Source of the DNA: Euglena gracilis
Lineage: Eukaryota
Length of the DNA stretch: 64,000 nucleotides
NCBI GenBank assembly: GCA_039621445.1
Contig: CP154954.1
Coordinates: forward strand, 33,763,737 to 33,827,736
Direction of reading: 5' to 3'
Positions within the stretch are counted from its first letter, which is position 1, and each line of letters opens with the position of its first letter. The notes beneath the pieces were generated by a model. The model did not search any database. It was given only the letters and a program-made list of their open reading frames with translations, and had not been told where the DNA came from. Shown one piece after another: positions 38,068-51,878 of the stretch. The position numbers and the translations under genes were made by a program.

Positions 38068-38989
38068 GCCGGCAGGGGGACCGGGGAACAAAGGGCAGGG
38101 CAGAGGTGGTGGTGGGCGGAAAACAGCTGCAGGTTGCAGCTGTTTTAACAGCAATGGGCAGAAAGCCATTTCCTCAACAAGCAAATCTTGGTTCAAACGG
38201 GGATCAGGGTGTTGCTCAAAGACTCTCTGGGGGGTCCAGCTCAGAGGCTTGGAAAATGGAAAAAGGCTGTTGGCTGACCCCCCAACCAGACCCAGGGTCA
38301 AACTGGGTAAACCCTCCCCCAAATAACCCCCCCATTGGGGTCTGACTTTAACCGAAAAAAATAATACCCCCAATCTGCGACTGCATTTGAAAATAAGAAA
38401 TCACGGCAATAAATGACCAAAAAATGAGTTTCTGTGGTCTGGCCTCCAAAAAAAATATCAATTTTTTGGCAAAAAAAAATGCAGAAAATGACCAAAAAGG
38501 TTGGCTTTGGGTGTAATTTGGGGTCTTATGGATTTTCAAATAATAACCCCCCCAAATAAAGCCCCAGGGGGTTTTCCAAAAAAAAATCGAAACTCCAAAA
38601 AAGACTTAAAAAAATCAATTTTTTTTGACCCCAAATAATCCCTGGTCAGCCCAATCCGATCTATTTTTGACCATTTCACCCCATTTTTTTTGCACCTAAA
38701 ATCCATAACTGTCCAGCCGCCTTCGGGTGGCTGCAAACTAAATAAAACATGGATGGGGGGGCTAGAAAAAAGTTGCTGGCTGGCTGGACCCTGTGGTCAA
38801 ATTTTCTTAAGCAACGCCATTCAAAAAAAATGGGCACCACCTTGACGATACCCCAAGCAGACGATACCCATGCAGACATCCACCGAGAGCTGTCAGGTAG
38901 CCAACCAAGAGTCGATCCACGTAAAAAACGAACCGTGGAAGGAAAAAAATGTTTTTTGCTCTTCGCCGAGGATGGGGTTGCCTCAAGGC

Positions 38990-41900
38990 TCTGGCCACCG
39001 ATGCCACGCTGGGGGCAGCCCCCCTGGCCCAGTCCTTCTCCGCGTGGTCGCAGGCGCACGACCGGATCGCCCGCAGGGCCCGCTGGGTGGCGGCGTCGAA
39101 GGAGGCCAGGAAGGCGCCGTGGGGCGCGGCGGGCAGCGGGGCGCCCCCCGGGGTGGGGCACGGCGCCTCCCCGGGCCTCCGGCCATCCTGAGCTGACAAT
39201 TTGTTTCAAAAAATAATTTAACTTTTGGGGGAAATTTGTTGAGCTCCGACTTCCATTTTATTGAAAAACGCTTGGATGATACTACGAACACGAAAATACC
39301 AAAAAACCAGGGGTGTAATTGCACCAACAATGGAACACCAAAATCCCCCTGAATGAGATCCTGGCAAATCCAATAGAATTTCAACTGAAACTCTCCCAAC
39401 ACCCACAAAAAACGTTTTTTTTTCTTCACAACCCTCCTTTTAAAAAAAACTTCCAGGTGCGACTTTGTCTGAACCACACACACCCTACACCACTGCCCAA
39501 CGTCACTGGAGCGCCGCGGTTGGGGGCCACCGTTGCCGAAGCGGCCCCCAGCGCCGGGGCAACCGTGGAGGACGTGGCGGCGGCGGGGACGGGGGCGGTG
39601 GGCCGGGGATGTTGATGGGCTGGCAGCGGCAGGAGGGCGGGGGGCTGGAAGTGTTGGGGCACGCCGCTGGGGGCAGGGCCGGGTGGGGAGGGGAGCAGGT
39701 GGGGGAGGCCGGCGAGCTGAAGCCAGGGGGAGGGAATTTGCAGCAAGGCTCTTCAAAATAAGCAATGCAAAAAATGCAAAAAAAATGCAGGTTTCATGTA
39801 AATTCCTTTAGGGGCACCCCGTGGCTGTACACTTCTCCACCGGAGAGGACTTTTAAAACATTAACCTGCTCCAACAAAGCAACAAAAAGAAAATGTGGGT
39901 GCAAACTGCAAAGTTATATTGGTTGTTTCACCAAATTGCATCCGCGTATCTTTGACTATGCAACTACCACTGAGGTGAATTAGGTCCAAAAACGTGAGGT
40001 ATTGCAACTTCCAGTGGTCTGAAAGTGGAGAAATTTTCCTGTGTTGCCTGCACAAATGCCCAGGGAAAAAAAAAACGGAAAATATGCAAAATTGCATAAA
40101 ATGCGACTTTGTTCAAAATGTTCAACTTTTTCTTTATTATGCAAAAAGTGCAAATTTTCAAGATTTGGATTATGCAAAAGAAAATGCAAAGTGTCAGCTT
40201 GCATATCCCCCTTGCTGAAGCGTCACAGTCAACCACATGGGGGGGGGGGATCCAGGGACTGCGAAAAGCATTTGATTTCAATTCTCTCCCAATTCCTCTG
40301 CTGGTTTTTGGGGGGTTCGGCGAAATATCAACAAATCACAAAAGAAAGAGCGAAGCTGGCCTTCCTTCTGCATTGTCAACTGTGGGTGTTGGCGCTGGTG
40401 GGTATTCGTTGCAGATACCCAGGGACGCCGAACGCCGAACGCCGTTGCCTGTTCACCGCATTCGCAACGATTATGCACGATCCCACAGACTGCGGAACTG
40501 ACCGCTCGGACCATCCCACGTTGGTGTGGAGTTGACAAGAAATCGGCGAGGCAACCTCCTGGGCGGTGGCAGTGCCTTGCCAGGTGGAACACCCACTATC
40601 TGGTCCAATCTATTACTCCCCTTCCCTTTTGTCGGGCGTGTTTGAGAACCTCTAAAGCACAACCAGTGTCCAGAGGGTGGACACTTTTTTTCCCTTCAAT
40701 ATTACTTATCAGTCTTTTTTTGGCTCCTTGCTCGAGGTGATAAATTGGGGAGGGGTATTTGACCTGCCCCCTACGGCGGCAATATGTCATACCGGGGGGG
40801 GGGGGAAATTTTGTGCCAGAGAAACTTTGCGGCGACAAATTTCGCGGACGACAAATTTCGCGGGATTTCTTAAAAATGTCCGGAAATATTTCGCGGGATT
40901 TTTTTTCCTGTGAAGCAAAAATGGCGTGAAAGGGAATACATGGACAAAAATTTCGCGGGATTCCTTAAAAATGCCCGGAAATATTTCGCGGGATTTGCTT
41001 CCGCGAAATTTGTCCGCGCAAATTTTCTCTAGGGCAAAATTTTTCCCCCCCCGGTATTTGCTTACAGTGGATTTGAGTGGGTCGATTTCGGAGGCACTGC
41101 TCTCTCACCCCTCCGTCCGACATGCTCCATGCTCCATGGAGGAATGGGCTCAGAGGAGAGGAACCCGGCGAAAAGCAAACGGCCAATGCATCCAGCCCTG
41201 GCTGACAAAGATCGGGACCAGAGGCAGGGGCAGGGGAACGGGGATGGGGGCCCGCTCAACAGGAGGGGGGGGGCATATCCTGCGTGCCACAACTCCTCGT
41301 TCAGGGTTTTAATTCTGGGATATTTCGGACATGAGGTGACTTTAAAAAAAATGCTGGAGGAATCATACTCCAGTCATCCAGGCATCTTTGTCTGTTGGCT
41401 AATGGTAATGGCCGGGTTTGTTGCGACTCATTCTCCAAAACATGTCCAAGATAAAGAAGCATTGCACCAAACTTGGGGCATTTTCTTTGCGTGAAGGGCA
41501 AACCAATGTGCACAAAACAAGTCTGTACAGAAGAAACTGAAAAAAAAAATAATACCAGAAAACCCCCAAGGAAAAATCAGCAGGGCTGAAAATTCCTTTT
41601 ATTGGAAATACCCCTGTGGAATTCATCAAATGCATGTAATTTTCGCAACAACAAAAAACCGGTTGGCAGAACCATGGCAATGACTATTTCAGAACTGTTC
41701 TTTGGGATGTTTTCCAAAATAGCAGATTTTGGTTGCTGCTTCTTGGCAATCTGTTTGCGCGGAACCAGAAGGGATCAGGAAGCCCCGAAACCCTATGGGC
41801 AGCATAGGTGCGGGGTGTAACGCCTCACCAGGCCTTCCTGTGCAGCCTTGACCTCTCCAGATCTTCAATGCGGTCATTCATTTGTGCTTGTCCTGCTGAA

Positions 41901-44000
41901 TGGCTAGAATGATTTTGTTTACCCTCAAAAATTCAATACAATGACCTTTGGTTTTTTTTATATTTATGTTCACTTTCATAAACCAAACAATTTAGGTCAC
42001 CAAGGTCCAAATTGACTCATCAAGCAGTGCTGAACCCCAAACCCCTGCCCGACCCCTGTGGGGTGGCCCTCCCCTGCTGCCGAACTATGCCGAAGGGCAT
42101 TGTTCTTCCCCCTTCCATCCTGCCTTCCATCGTTCTTCCCTGGGCAGAGTCCTCGGCAGGGGCACATAGACGGGCCGGGGGTCAAACCGGGGCTGTGAGA
42201 CTGCGCAGGGCCGGGCGGGCGGGGCCACAGGGCCGGCGGCCATGGGCGACGCGGCCAGCGGCGGGCAAGGCCACTTCCTCCAGGGTTGATTTGTGCATGC
42301 CGATGATTCGGAACCTCTGTTCCTCGAAAGCGACAGGTGCCTGCTACGAGGTGCCCGTGCGCGCATGCGCGCGCGCGCGTGTGTGTGTGTGTGTGCGAGG
42401 TGACCAGGGCTGTCCGGGAAAGCCTGGGGGCCCCCCACTGCCTGTGGGCTGGGTGGGGGCAGCACGGGGGGCCCCTGCTCCGGCCGCCGTGGAGGACGTG
42501 GCGGTGGCGGCGGCGGCGGTGGGCCGGGGCTGCAGCCAGTCCGGCATCGGCAGGAGCGCTGCGGGCGGCGGAGGCGAGGGCACGCCGGGCCCAGGGCCGG
42601 GGGGGGGGGGGGGATCCCCCCTGTCATGTGGACGGCCCCGCCCCCGCGAGCTCGTTTAGGCTGCCGGTGGCACACCAGTGGGACAAGGCTTGGGCCGCAC
42701 GGTTGGGGGGGGGAAGCCCGGCCCTGGCGGACGCCCACTGGGGCGGGGCCGGCAGGGCGGACAGCAGCCTGGCCCGGAGCCAGGGAGGGAGGAAGGGGTT
42801 CCCCGGCACGGCAGTGGACAGCCCCCCCCCGCCCCCCCCCCCCGGCCGTGCCCGACAAATGCCTGGGGGGGGGGGACAACCGAGGCGCTGCCACCACCGG
42901 ACCGGGGCTGGGACCAGAGGCCTCCTCGGGGGGAGGGTCGCCCTCCCTGGACGGTGCCCGCGCCGGGGCCGAGGAGAGGGACCGGGGCGGCGGGGGCTTC
43001 GGCGCGTCGTGGGGTGGTGGCGCCGCTTCCTCTGCCGGCGCCGGCGGTTCCGCTTCGGGGCGCGTTGTGGGCGGGAGTCCCCACACAGGGACCTCGCACC
43101 ACGTGCCACAGCGACAATGGCAAACAACCTTCCCCTTCCTGGTGAATGCCAGTCCCAACTGTTTATCACCATTTCTACTAATGAAAAAACATGATTACTA
43201 TTTTGACTATTGTTACTATTATCACTATTTGTTGTGGTCAGAAAGCTTTCACTGCCAAAATTACTTCATACAAAAAAATCATCCTTTCATCCTTGGGAGT
43301 TGAGTTCCCTGCAAAATATGATTCTTTTTGGTTTGAACAATATTATGTTTGGGCAACGGCTAACTGCCTGGTTGCGGGAGGGGTCACTTGCGCAGTAGAA
43401 ACCTCTCGCTCCAGGGTTTGATTTGTCATGCCTACGATTCTGAACCTCGTTTCCTGTAAAGCGACAGGTGCCTGCTACGGGTGCCCGCGTTTGTGTGTGG
43501 TGCGCGCGCGTGTGTGTGTTGTGTGTGTGTGTGTGTGTGTGTGTGGCGTTGGGCGGCAGGGCCAGGTTGGCGTAGAGCCAGGGGTGGGGGTCGGTGGGGG
43601 ATGACGTCATGGCCCCAGGGGTCCCTTTGGGGTCATGTAAAGGAGAAAAGGAACACCGCCACATCAGACGTGGCAGGAATCCTGCGGCGGAGGGGCTTTC
43701 AGAAACCGCCGGGGTGGGCATCAACCCATGCTGGGAAAGCGATGGGGGGAAACCCCTCCAGATTCCCATCACCGGCGAGGTGCGGTGATGCGGGAACGAG
43801 GGAGAGTCCGTCCGGAAATGAGTGCAGCTAACATTCGAGGAAGACATGCAGAGTTGCCCTGGCACAGCATCACCAATGACAATTCCATGATGGAGGATGA
43901 GGCGGATCAAACCCAGGGGCTCTGGTCTCCTGACTCGAAGGGGTCCCAGGGCTTCTCACCTTGGAGGTGGCTGCAGCAGGGCCTGAGCTGCCTGTGCAGG
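38990..44000 (-). CDS. Low-complexity Pro/Ala-rich exons upstream of the AEP domain (probably the same gene)
   Basis: Coding-like GC-rich blocks at ~39185-39030 (GAFLASFDAATQRALRAIRSCACDHAEKDW), ~39615-39505, ~42590-42450, ~43060-42890 (PEAEPPAPAEEAAPPP) and ~44000-43555. Junctions are unresolved. Confidence 0.5.
39724..40214. mobile_element. Copy of the 22770-23274 MITE family
   Basis: Shares GCAGCAAGG...ATTCCTTTAGG...GGCTGTACACTTCTCCAC...TGCATATCCCC; flanked by CTGAAGC on both sides. Confidence 0.85.
40792..41054. mobile_element. Tc1/mariner-like MITE, TA TSD, ~50-bp TIRs
   Basis: TA|CCGGGGGG..AAATTTTG..AGAGAAA..ACAAATTTCGCGG ... CCGCGAAATTTGTCCGCGCAAATTTTCTCT..AAAATTTTTCCCCCCCCGG|TA. Confidence 0.85.
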
Positions 44001-46053
44001 GAGGAATCAGTAAAAACACTGGTTTCTTGGGGAGGTGGCCATAATCAAAAATAGAAGATTATTCATCAGCTGCGACAAACCCAGCTTCCCACCCACCCAT
44101 TGACGTGCACTCATCCACCGGCAGCGTTACAGTAGGAGGATGCACCGTAGAAGGAGTCTTTCGAGCCTCCTCGAACCACCTCGAACGACATCCGAGGAGG
44201 CTCTCGAGCTTCCTCAAATGTCGTCCAAGGTCATTCAAGGAGGCTCGAAAACCTCCTCAAATGTCGTTTGAGGAGGCTCAAAATCTTTCTTGAATGTCAT
44301 TCGACAGGGCCAGGAAACCTTTCCGGTTGGTGGAAATTTTTGTTCAGGGGTTTTATTCCGGAATATTCCGGGTTATTCTGGAATATTCCGGAATTTATTC
44401 CGGGTATTCCAATGACTTTTTGCAGAGAAATGACTCAAGAAAATTTCCTGTGCGCCCTCCCAGACTTCAGGAATTCACCTAAATTTGTTGGTTGCCCAGC
44501 CTCACCAGTTGGTCGTCCAGCCTCACCAGTTGGTCGTCCCTGCACCGAAAAAAAATGCAGCAATCAGATCAATACTGATGGAATCTTTTTTTCAAAGCCA
44601 TTGGAATGAACTCTGGTTCATGCGTTCGCACCTTTGGACTGCAATTTAATCTTAACAATTTAATCTTGAACCGCAATTTAATCAACAAAAAAAATCATGA
44701 CCAAACAGGCTTCTTTTTACCAACCCCCAAGGGGTGCCTTGTGTTATGGGGTGCCTGCCCTATAGGAGGCCCCCCCCCCCCCCCCGTCAGCTTTGCTAGT
44801 GCCTTGCCGACCAAGCCGATCCTCCATTGAAAATGGTCATTTTCGGCCCTCTGGCGTCTTCAGTGCCAGGGGCGTTATGCTAGAGCACTGAACCCCTCCT
44901 CCCAAATAACAGTTGCAGGGGGAAAGCCGAGAGAGATTTCTCCAAATGACTTTGTCCCCCCCTTCACAAAAAAAAGTGAAAAATGGCGCTTCTTTTTTGG
45001 AAAAGCAGGAGTGGGTAGGACCCACTTCTACCCATTTCTTAAGGACCCCGGGGGGGGGGGGTCCAGCCTCTGGCTGGCAAAAAGGCTGCTGGAAGGAAAT
45101 GAGCTGCTGCTGGACCCCCCGGGGAAAATGGGGGGGTCTGGGACTTGTGGGGGCTGGGCTAGGCTGGGTCAATGGAAAACAAAAAATTCTGAAAATTTTT
45201 CGCCATTTTCGACATTTTGCTGGATGGAGATCAAGACTGGATCGGGACTGAAGGAACAGCCTAATAATTAATGAAAAAATGCAGGGATAGGTGAGCTGGG
45301 CAGCCCGTTTGGCTGGCCAGCCGGCGGCCGGCTGGCCCGGTTCCGGCCGGGCTAGATACAACTTTATTTCACTCGACCCCCCCCTTAGATGCACTTTGGC
45401 TTCTGTCTGGTTTAAGGCCTGGCGCTGCATTCCGCTTCTGGCCCTTTCTTCGGAGCAACCCCCCCCCCCTAGTTGCACTAAGGCTTCTTGTCTGTTTATG
45501 GCCGGCGCTAACTTCGCTTCTGGCCCAGTTTTGCTGCGTGGTGAGTGGCCAGGGACCCCTTACACCATTCGGGCTGGCAGCCCCCCCCCCCGGGGGGGCT
45601 GCCAGCCCGAATTTGGGCTGCTGGCTGGATTTGAGCTGCTGGCTGGCTGGACCCCCCCCCAGGGGATAGGGCAGGGATGGATGGGAAGCCTTGAGGGGGG
45701 GGGGGTCGGACCCCCCCCCTCCTACCTCGAAACTGAGGGGGGGCCGAAATTTTTTCGATTTCATGGACGGGCAAAAGGCCGGAAATCGGGTTGGAATCGG
45801 TCAAAAACCCCTGATTTTTCTTTGAAAATCGATCCAAAAATGCTCATTTTTTGAATTTTTTTAAACATGTTTTTGGGGGAAAACACCAACACATCAAAAA
45901 ATGGGCAATATGGCCAAAAGTCAGCAAAAGGGGTGTTTTTTGCTCATTTTCCGGCGCGCAGCGCTGGAAGAAAATTTTCTGCTATTTTTGGCACCTGTCA
46001 AGGAGGGGGGTGGGGGGTCCGGACCCCCCTCCCAACATCTAGGGGGGGGGGTC

Positions 46054-47925
46054 GCTGAGCTCTTATCTCTTTAGAGTAAGAGCGAAGCTTACCACCCCGG
46101 CGACGGGGGGGTCCGACCCCCCCGCCCCCCCGCCCCCCCCCGCCCCCCCTGGGTAGGTTGGGTGCCCCTAGGATTATCGATGTGATTGGATTTCCGGACC
46201 CGAGAAGTGAATAGCCTATAGGTTAGGGGACGATCCCTAGTTTCTCCAGAGCCGTCACGTTACCCGCAACTCCTCGCCAGTCCGGAGATATGGCCCGAGC
46301 AAAAAAGTTGTCTACCGTTTTTTTTCCAAAGAAATTTTGTTGGACCGGCAAAAGGGGTCATTTTTGGGGTCAAAAAATCGAAAAATTCAAAATATCTCGA
46401 AAAGGCTGGGGAGTTGAGAAAAAGTAAAGAGTACCTCATTCCACAACATTGGGACGCCCTATCCACCAGTATGCGCGGTTTGGGCCAACTCCCCGCCTGG
46501 GCCGAGATACGGCCGTTTTGAGGGTTCGCCACGGGGGGACTCTGCCATTTGGAGCCCAAAACGGGCCAAAAAACCAGTTTTTGCAAAATATCTCCAAAAT
46601 CGTGGGGAGTTGAAAAAAATGTCCGGAGACCTAAATTGAAGCCCTTGGAACGCCCTATCTACTAGTATTTTGATTTCCCCGCAACTCTCCGCCTAGCCGT
46701 AGATACGGCCGTTTTCAGGTCCAAATGGCCGTTTTGTACACTTTTCCCTCTGTCCGACTTAGCCGTTTTCGGGCCAAAAATTCGAAAAAAATCGAAAATT
46801 TTTTTTTTGCCCAAAACCATGTTTTTAGGCTTCCTGGACCCGGAAAACGTGTTTTCGAGTTGAAAATTGGCGTTTTTCGACCCGCCAGCCCCTCATGGCC
46901 CTCATGGTCATGATGCGCATGATGCCCAATGATGGCCATCATGACCAATGATGGCCATCATGACCCCGGATGGCCATCATGACCAATGATGGCCATCATG
47001 ACCATGATGGCCATCATGACCAATGATGGCCATCATGACCCCGGATGGCCGCCATGACCAATGATGGCCACCATGACCCCAGATGGCCATCATGACCAAT
47101 GATGGCCATCATGACCCCGGATGGCCATCTTGACCCCGGATGGCCATCATGACCCCGGATGGCCATCATGACCAATGATGGCCATCATGACCCCAGATGG
47201 CCATCATGACCAATGATGGCCATCATTACCCCGGATGGCCATCATACCCATGATGGCCATCATGCCCAATGATGGCCATCATGACCAATGATGGCCATCA
47301 TGACCCCGGATGTCCATCATGACCAATGATGGCCATCATGACCCCGGATGGCCATCCTGACCCCGGATGGCCATCATGACCAATGATGGCCATCATGACC
47401 CTGGATGGCCATCATGACCCATGATGGCCATGATGACCCCGGATGGCCATCATGACCCATGATGGCCATGATGACCCCGGATGGCCATCATGACCAATGA
47501 TGGCCATCATGACCCCGGATGGCCATCATGACCCATGATGGCCATCATGCCCAATGATGGCCAACATGACCAATGATGGCCATCATGACCCCGGATGGGC
47601 ATCATGACCAACGATGGCCATCATGCCCAATGATGGCCATCATGACCAATGATGGCCATCATGACCCCGGATGGCCATCATGACCCCGGATGGCCATCAT
47701 GACCCAAGATGGCCATCATGACCTCGGATGGCCATCATGAGCATCATGAGCATCCGGGTCGGGCCGGGCCGCCGGGCCGCCGGGCCGCCGGGCCGCCGGG
47801 CCGCCGGGCCGGGCCGGGCCGCCGAGCTGCCGGCCGGGCCGCTGGCCGGGCCGGTCCGGCCGCCGGCCGGGCGCCGGGCCGGACTGGGGTGGTCTCCCAA
47901 AGAGCTCAGCTCTACGTCACACCCT
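46054..47925. mobile_element. Unclassified inserted element with asymmetric inverted ends and internal tandem arrays
   Basis: Absent from the 59181 copy. Starts GCTGAGCTCTT, with AAGAGCTCAGC at 47900-47910; GGTC on both sides. Confidence 0.7.
46900..47750. repeat. 19-bp palindrome-rich minisatellite GATGGCCATCATGACC(AAT/CCG), ~45 units
   Basis: Direct inspection; followed by a (GGGCCGCC)n GC-rich tract at 47755-47885. Confidence 0.95.
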
Positions 47926-48679
47926 GGTCCGGACCCCCCCCCCTACCACCTTACCCCCCAGGGGGGGGGTGGTCGGGACCCCCCCCCCTACAATACCGAA
48001 GGGCTTCCCATCCATCCCTGGGATAGGGTCCCCTCTTAAGAAAACTGCTGGGCGCATCTCGCACTGGAGCGTTTTTTCTTTGTCGGTGTGCGCAAATGCA
48101 CACATGGACGAAGAAAATCAAATGAAGCGTGGGAGTGTATTGCATTATGTGGCCCGCTGACCACAGGGATTTTCAAGCTAGCAGACACATCCATTTTCAG
48201 CCAATGAACCGTGCCTCATTTTTGGACTAAAATACTGGGGGTGAAGGGCACTTCCAAACTCAATTATATCACAACTAATGAAAAAATAAACACCATTTGA
48301 CAACAAATAGCTTTTAGGAAAGTGGTCAGGCGGTCTGTCAATGGTTTTGATAATAACTTCGCATGGGGCGGGGCCAGAAAGATCGGCCCACTAACTTTGC
48401 AGGGGGCAAAATTATTTGAGCGATTTGGTTCATTCACCCCAAAATCCGACCCCCCCCCCGGGTAAAAAAAATGTCCAACCCCCCTGACTGCCAAGCACCC
48501 TCCCCCCAGGGGGATGAGACCTTCCTTGAAAAGCAGCCTGAAAAAAAACCCACAACCTCTTGGAAAACATAAGAACATCCTTCTCAGAGCAAAACAGGAC
48601 TAAATGATTGAGTGTGCCTGATGCCAGCTGCACTTTTTGCTGCAGAAGAGTGGGAGTTTTGCCTTCCCTCACTTATTTT

Positions 48680-48989
48680 TGGCCACTTTTTGCCATTTTT
48701 GTTGCCTTCGAAGTCAAAAGTAGCAAAAAGTGGCCCAAATTGGCCTGAAAGTGGCCAAAATGGATGAACATGGCCAAAGCTCACTTCATCTGCTGAAGGC
48801 AAGAGTGTTCTCTGGGCAGCGGCCACATGGTGAGGTGCCAGAGGAAAATACGACGTGTGCGAGGAGAACTGACGGCGAAATGGGTGAACTGTGGTCGGAA
48901 TGAGACCAGGAATGTTTTCATTCAAATCAGCAAGAGCGAAAAAATCGAAATCGTCAAAAAATCAGCAAAAAATGTGGCCAAAAGCAACA

Positions 48990-49028
<39 letters not shown>

Positions 49029-49620
49029 AAAAAAAAAGAAAAAAAAAAAAAAAAAAAAAAAAAAAAACAAAAGCAACAAAAAGTGCCACAAATCTGCAAA
49101 AATGGCCCAATGCAGACAAAAGCATCGTGCCACAAGTGGACAAAAGTGGCCAAAAGCACAAAAAACCATCAAAAAGCGGCAGAAAGTCTGCAAAAATGCC
49201 CAAGAAGCAGCAACGACCCAACAAAGGTGGTAAAAAGCAGTCCAAAGTTGCAAAAAAAAAAAACTGGCCAAAAGTCGGAAGGTGGCCAAGAGCAGGCAAC
49301 AGCATAATAAAAAAAAACAGCAAGATGTCAGTAAAACTGGTCAAAAGCAGCAAAAGGCAACCAAAAGTCGGCAAAAATGGCCAAAGGCAGTCAAAAAAAA
49401 ATAGCAAAAAATGGCAATTAAGTGACCACAATCAGTTGATAGCAGTAGAAGCAGCCTAAAAGTGGCAAAAGATGGCCAAAAGGACCAAAGGCTGCCTAAA
49501 AGGCCAAAAAGTGGGCAAAAGTGACCAAAAGCACCTGGAAGCTGCCAAAATGGCTAAAGTGGCCAGAAAAGGCTGAAACGCCCAAAAGTGGGCAAAATAG
49601 GTAAAAATAACAAAAAAAAT
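48680..49620. repeat. A-rich degenerate AAAAGTGGCCAAAA repeat with long poly(A) run at ~48990-49067
   Basis: Direct inspection; the Lys-rich and Phe-rich ORFs are compositional artefacts. Confidence 0.8.
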
Positions 49621-49759
49621 GAGCAAACATGCTTAAAATTGTGCATTGTATGGCTGTGATGTGCGCTCATTTTTTGTTGTGTTTCCCCCACCTGTGACCG
49701 ACTACTTGCCAACCAGGGCCAACTGTGGCACCAAAATGGGAGTCGCCATAAATGCCTGG

Positions 49760-51049
<1,290 letters not shown>

Positions 51050-51129
<80 letters not shown>

Positions 51130-51135
51130 CGTGTG
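51050..51135. repeat. (TC)n(TG)n compound microsatellite
   Basis: Direct inspection. Confidence 0.97.
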
Positions 51136-51160
51136 GGTGGGTGGGTAGATGGGAGAGTTA

Positions 51161-51343
51161 ACGTAGGAAGAGGCTCGAGCTCGAACGTTCGAGCTCGAGC
51201 CTCAAGCCGTTTTAAGCCCCCCCCCCCCCCCTCAGGGGGCTTAAAAAACCTCCTCGAACCACCTCGAACGACATTCGAGGAGTCTTTCGAGTCTCCTCAA
51301 ATGTGCTTGAGGAGGTTCGCGAGCTCCAGAGCCTCCTCCTACG
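51161..51343. mobile_element. Short MITE (CGTAGG...CCTACG); related sequence at ~44130-44280
   Basis: ACGTAGGAAGAGGCTC / GAGCCTCCTCCTACGT inverted ends; CCTCCTCGAACCACCTCGAACGACAT is shared with 44167. Confidence 0.7.
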
Positions 51344-51522
51344 TACACATATGGGGGTGCTTTGGGGCCCTCTGTGAAAAGTTGCCTACAAAACGACTGG
51401 CACAACAAAGGGGATTTGCACACACAGGGCATATGTATTCAGGGTCCTCCGAACAGTTGCGTACAAAAGGGCATCGGCAACAAATGGGGTTTAAAATTAG
51501 TTGAATATGTATGTATACATAT

Positions 51523-51808
51523 GGCAGCTAGAGTTTACTTGCCCCCCCCCCCGGGGGGTCCAAGTAAAGACTCCAGGGGGGGGTCAGAATTTTTTTTGTG
51601 TTAATGATGGAGTAGCGTTAGGTGCGCGCATTCGGCCTAACCCTAACCCTAACTTGTACACCTAACACCTGTCTATAAGTTGGGCCTAACCTTAGGCCTA
51701 ACTTGCGCACCTAACCCTATTCCATCCTTAACACAAAAAATCTATTTTGACACCCTGGAGTCTTTACTTGGACCCCACGGGAGGGGGTGCAAATAAAGTC
51801 TAGCTGCC
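51523..51808. mobile_element. Foldback-like MITE with ~100-bp TIRs in an (AT)n tract; telomere-like core
   Basis: GGCAGCTAGAGTTTACTTGC..GGTCCAAGTAAAGACTCCAGGG.. mirrors ..CCCTGGAGTCTTTACTTGGACC..GCAAATAAAGTCTAGCTGCC. Core CCTAACCCTAACCCTAAC; AT on both flanks. Confidence 0.88.
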
Positions 51809-51847
51809 ATATACATATACATATATGTATATATATATATGTATATA

Positions 51848-51878
<31 letters not shown>

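Larger units (their letters stand above)
45672..48020. mobile_element. hAT-like MITE (59181 family) expanded by an internal ~1.87-kb insertion
   Basis: 19-bp perfect TIR CAGGGATGGATGGGAAGCC / GGCTTCCCATCCATCCCTG. Perfect TSD GGATAGGG at 45664-45671 and 48021-48028. Confidence 0.95.
45030..48050. mobile_element. Host MITE (58212 family) carrying nested insertions
   Basis: 45037-45385 and 45590-45670 align with 58220-58670. It ends CTTAAGAAAACTGCTG at 48050; the left terminus is degenerate. Confidence 0.8.

Noticed and set aside
46900-47750. CRISPR-like array or coding repeat
   Set aside because: Only a few recurring 3-nt variants instead of spacers, and the 19-bp period gives stops in all frames.
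48827-49459. Lys-rich histone H1-like ORF
   Set aside because: It derives from poly(A) and an A-rich degenerate repeat.
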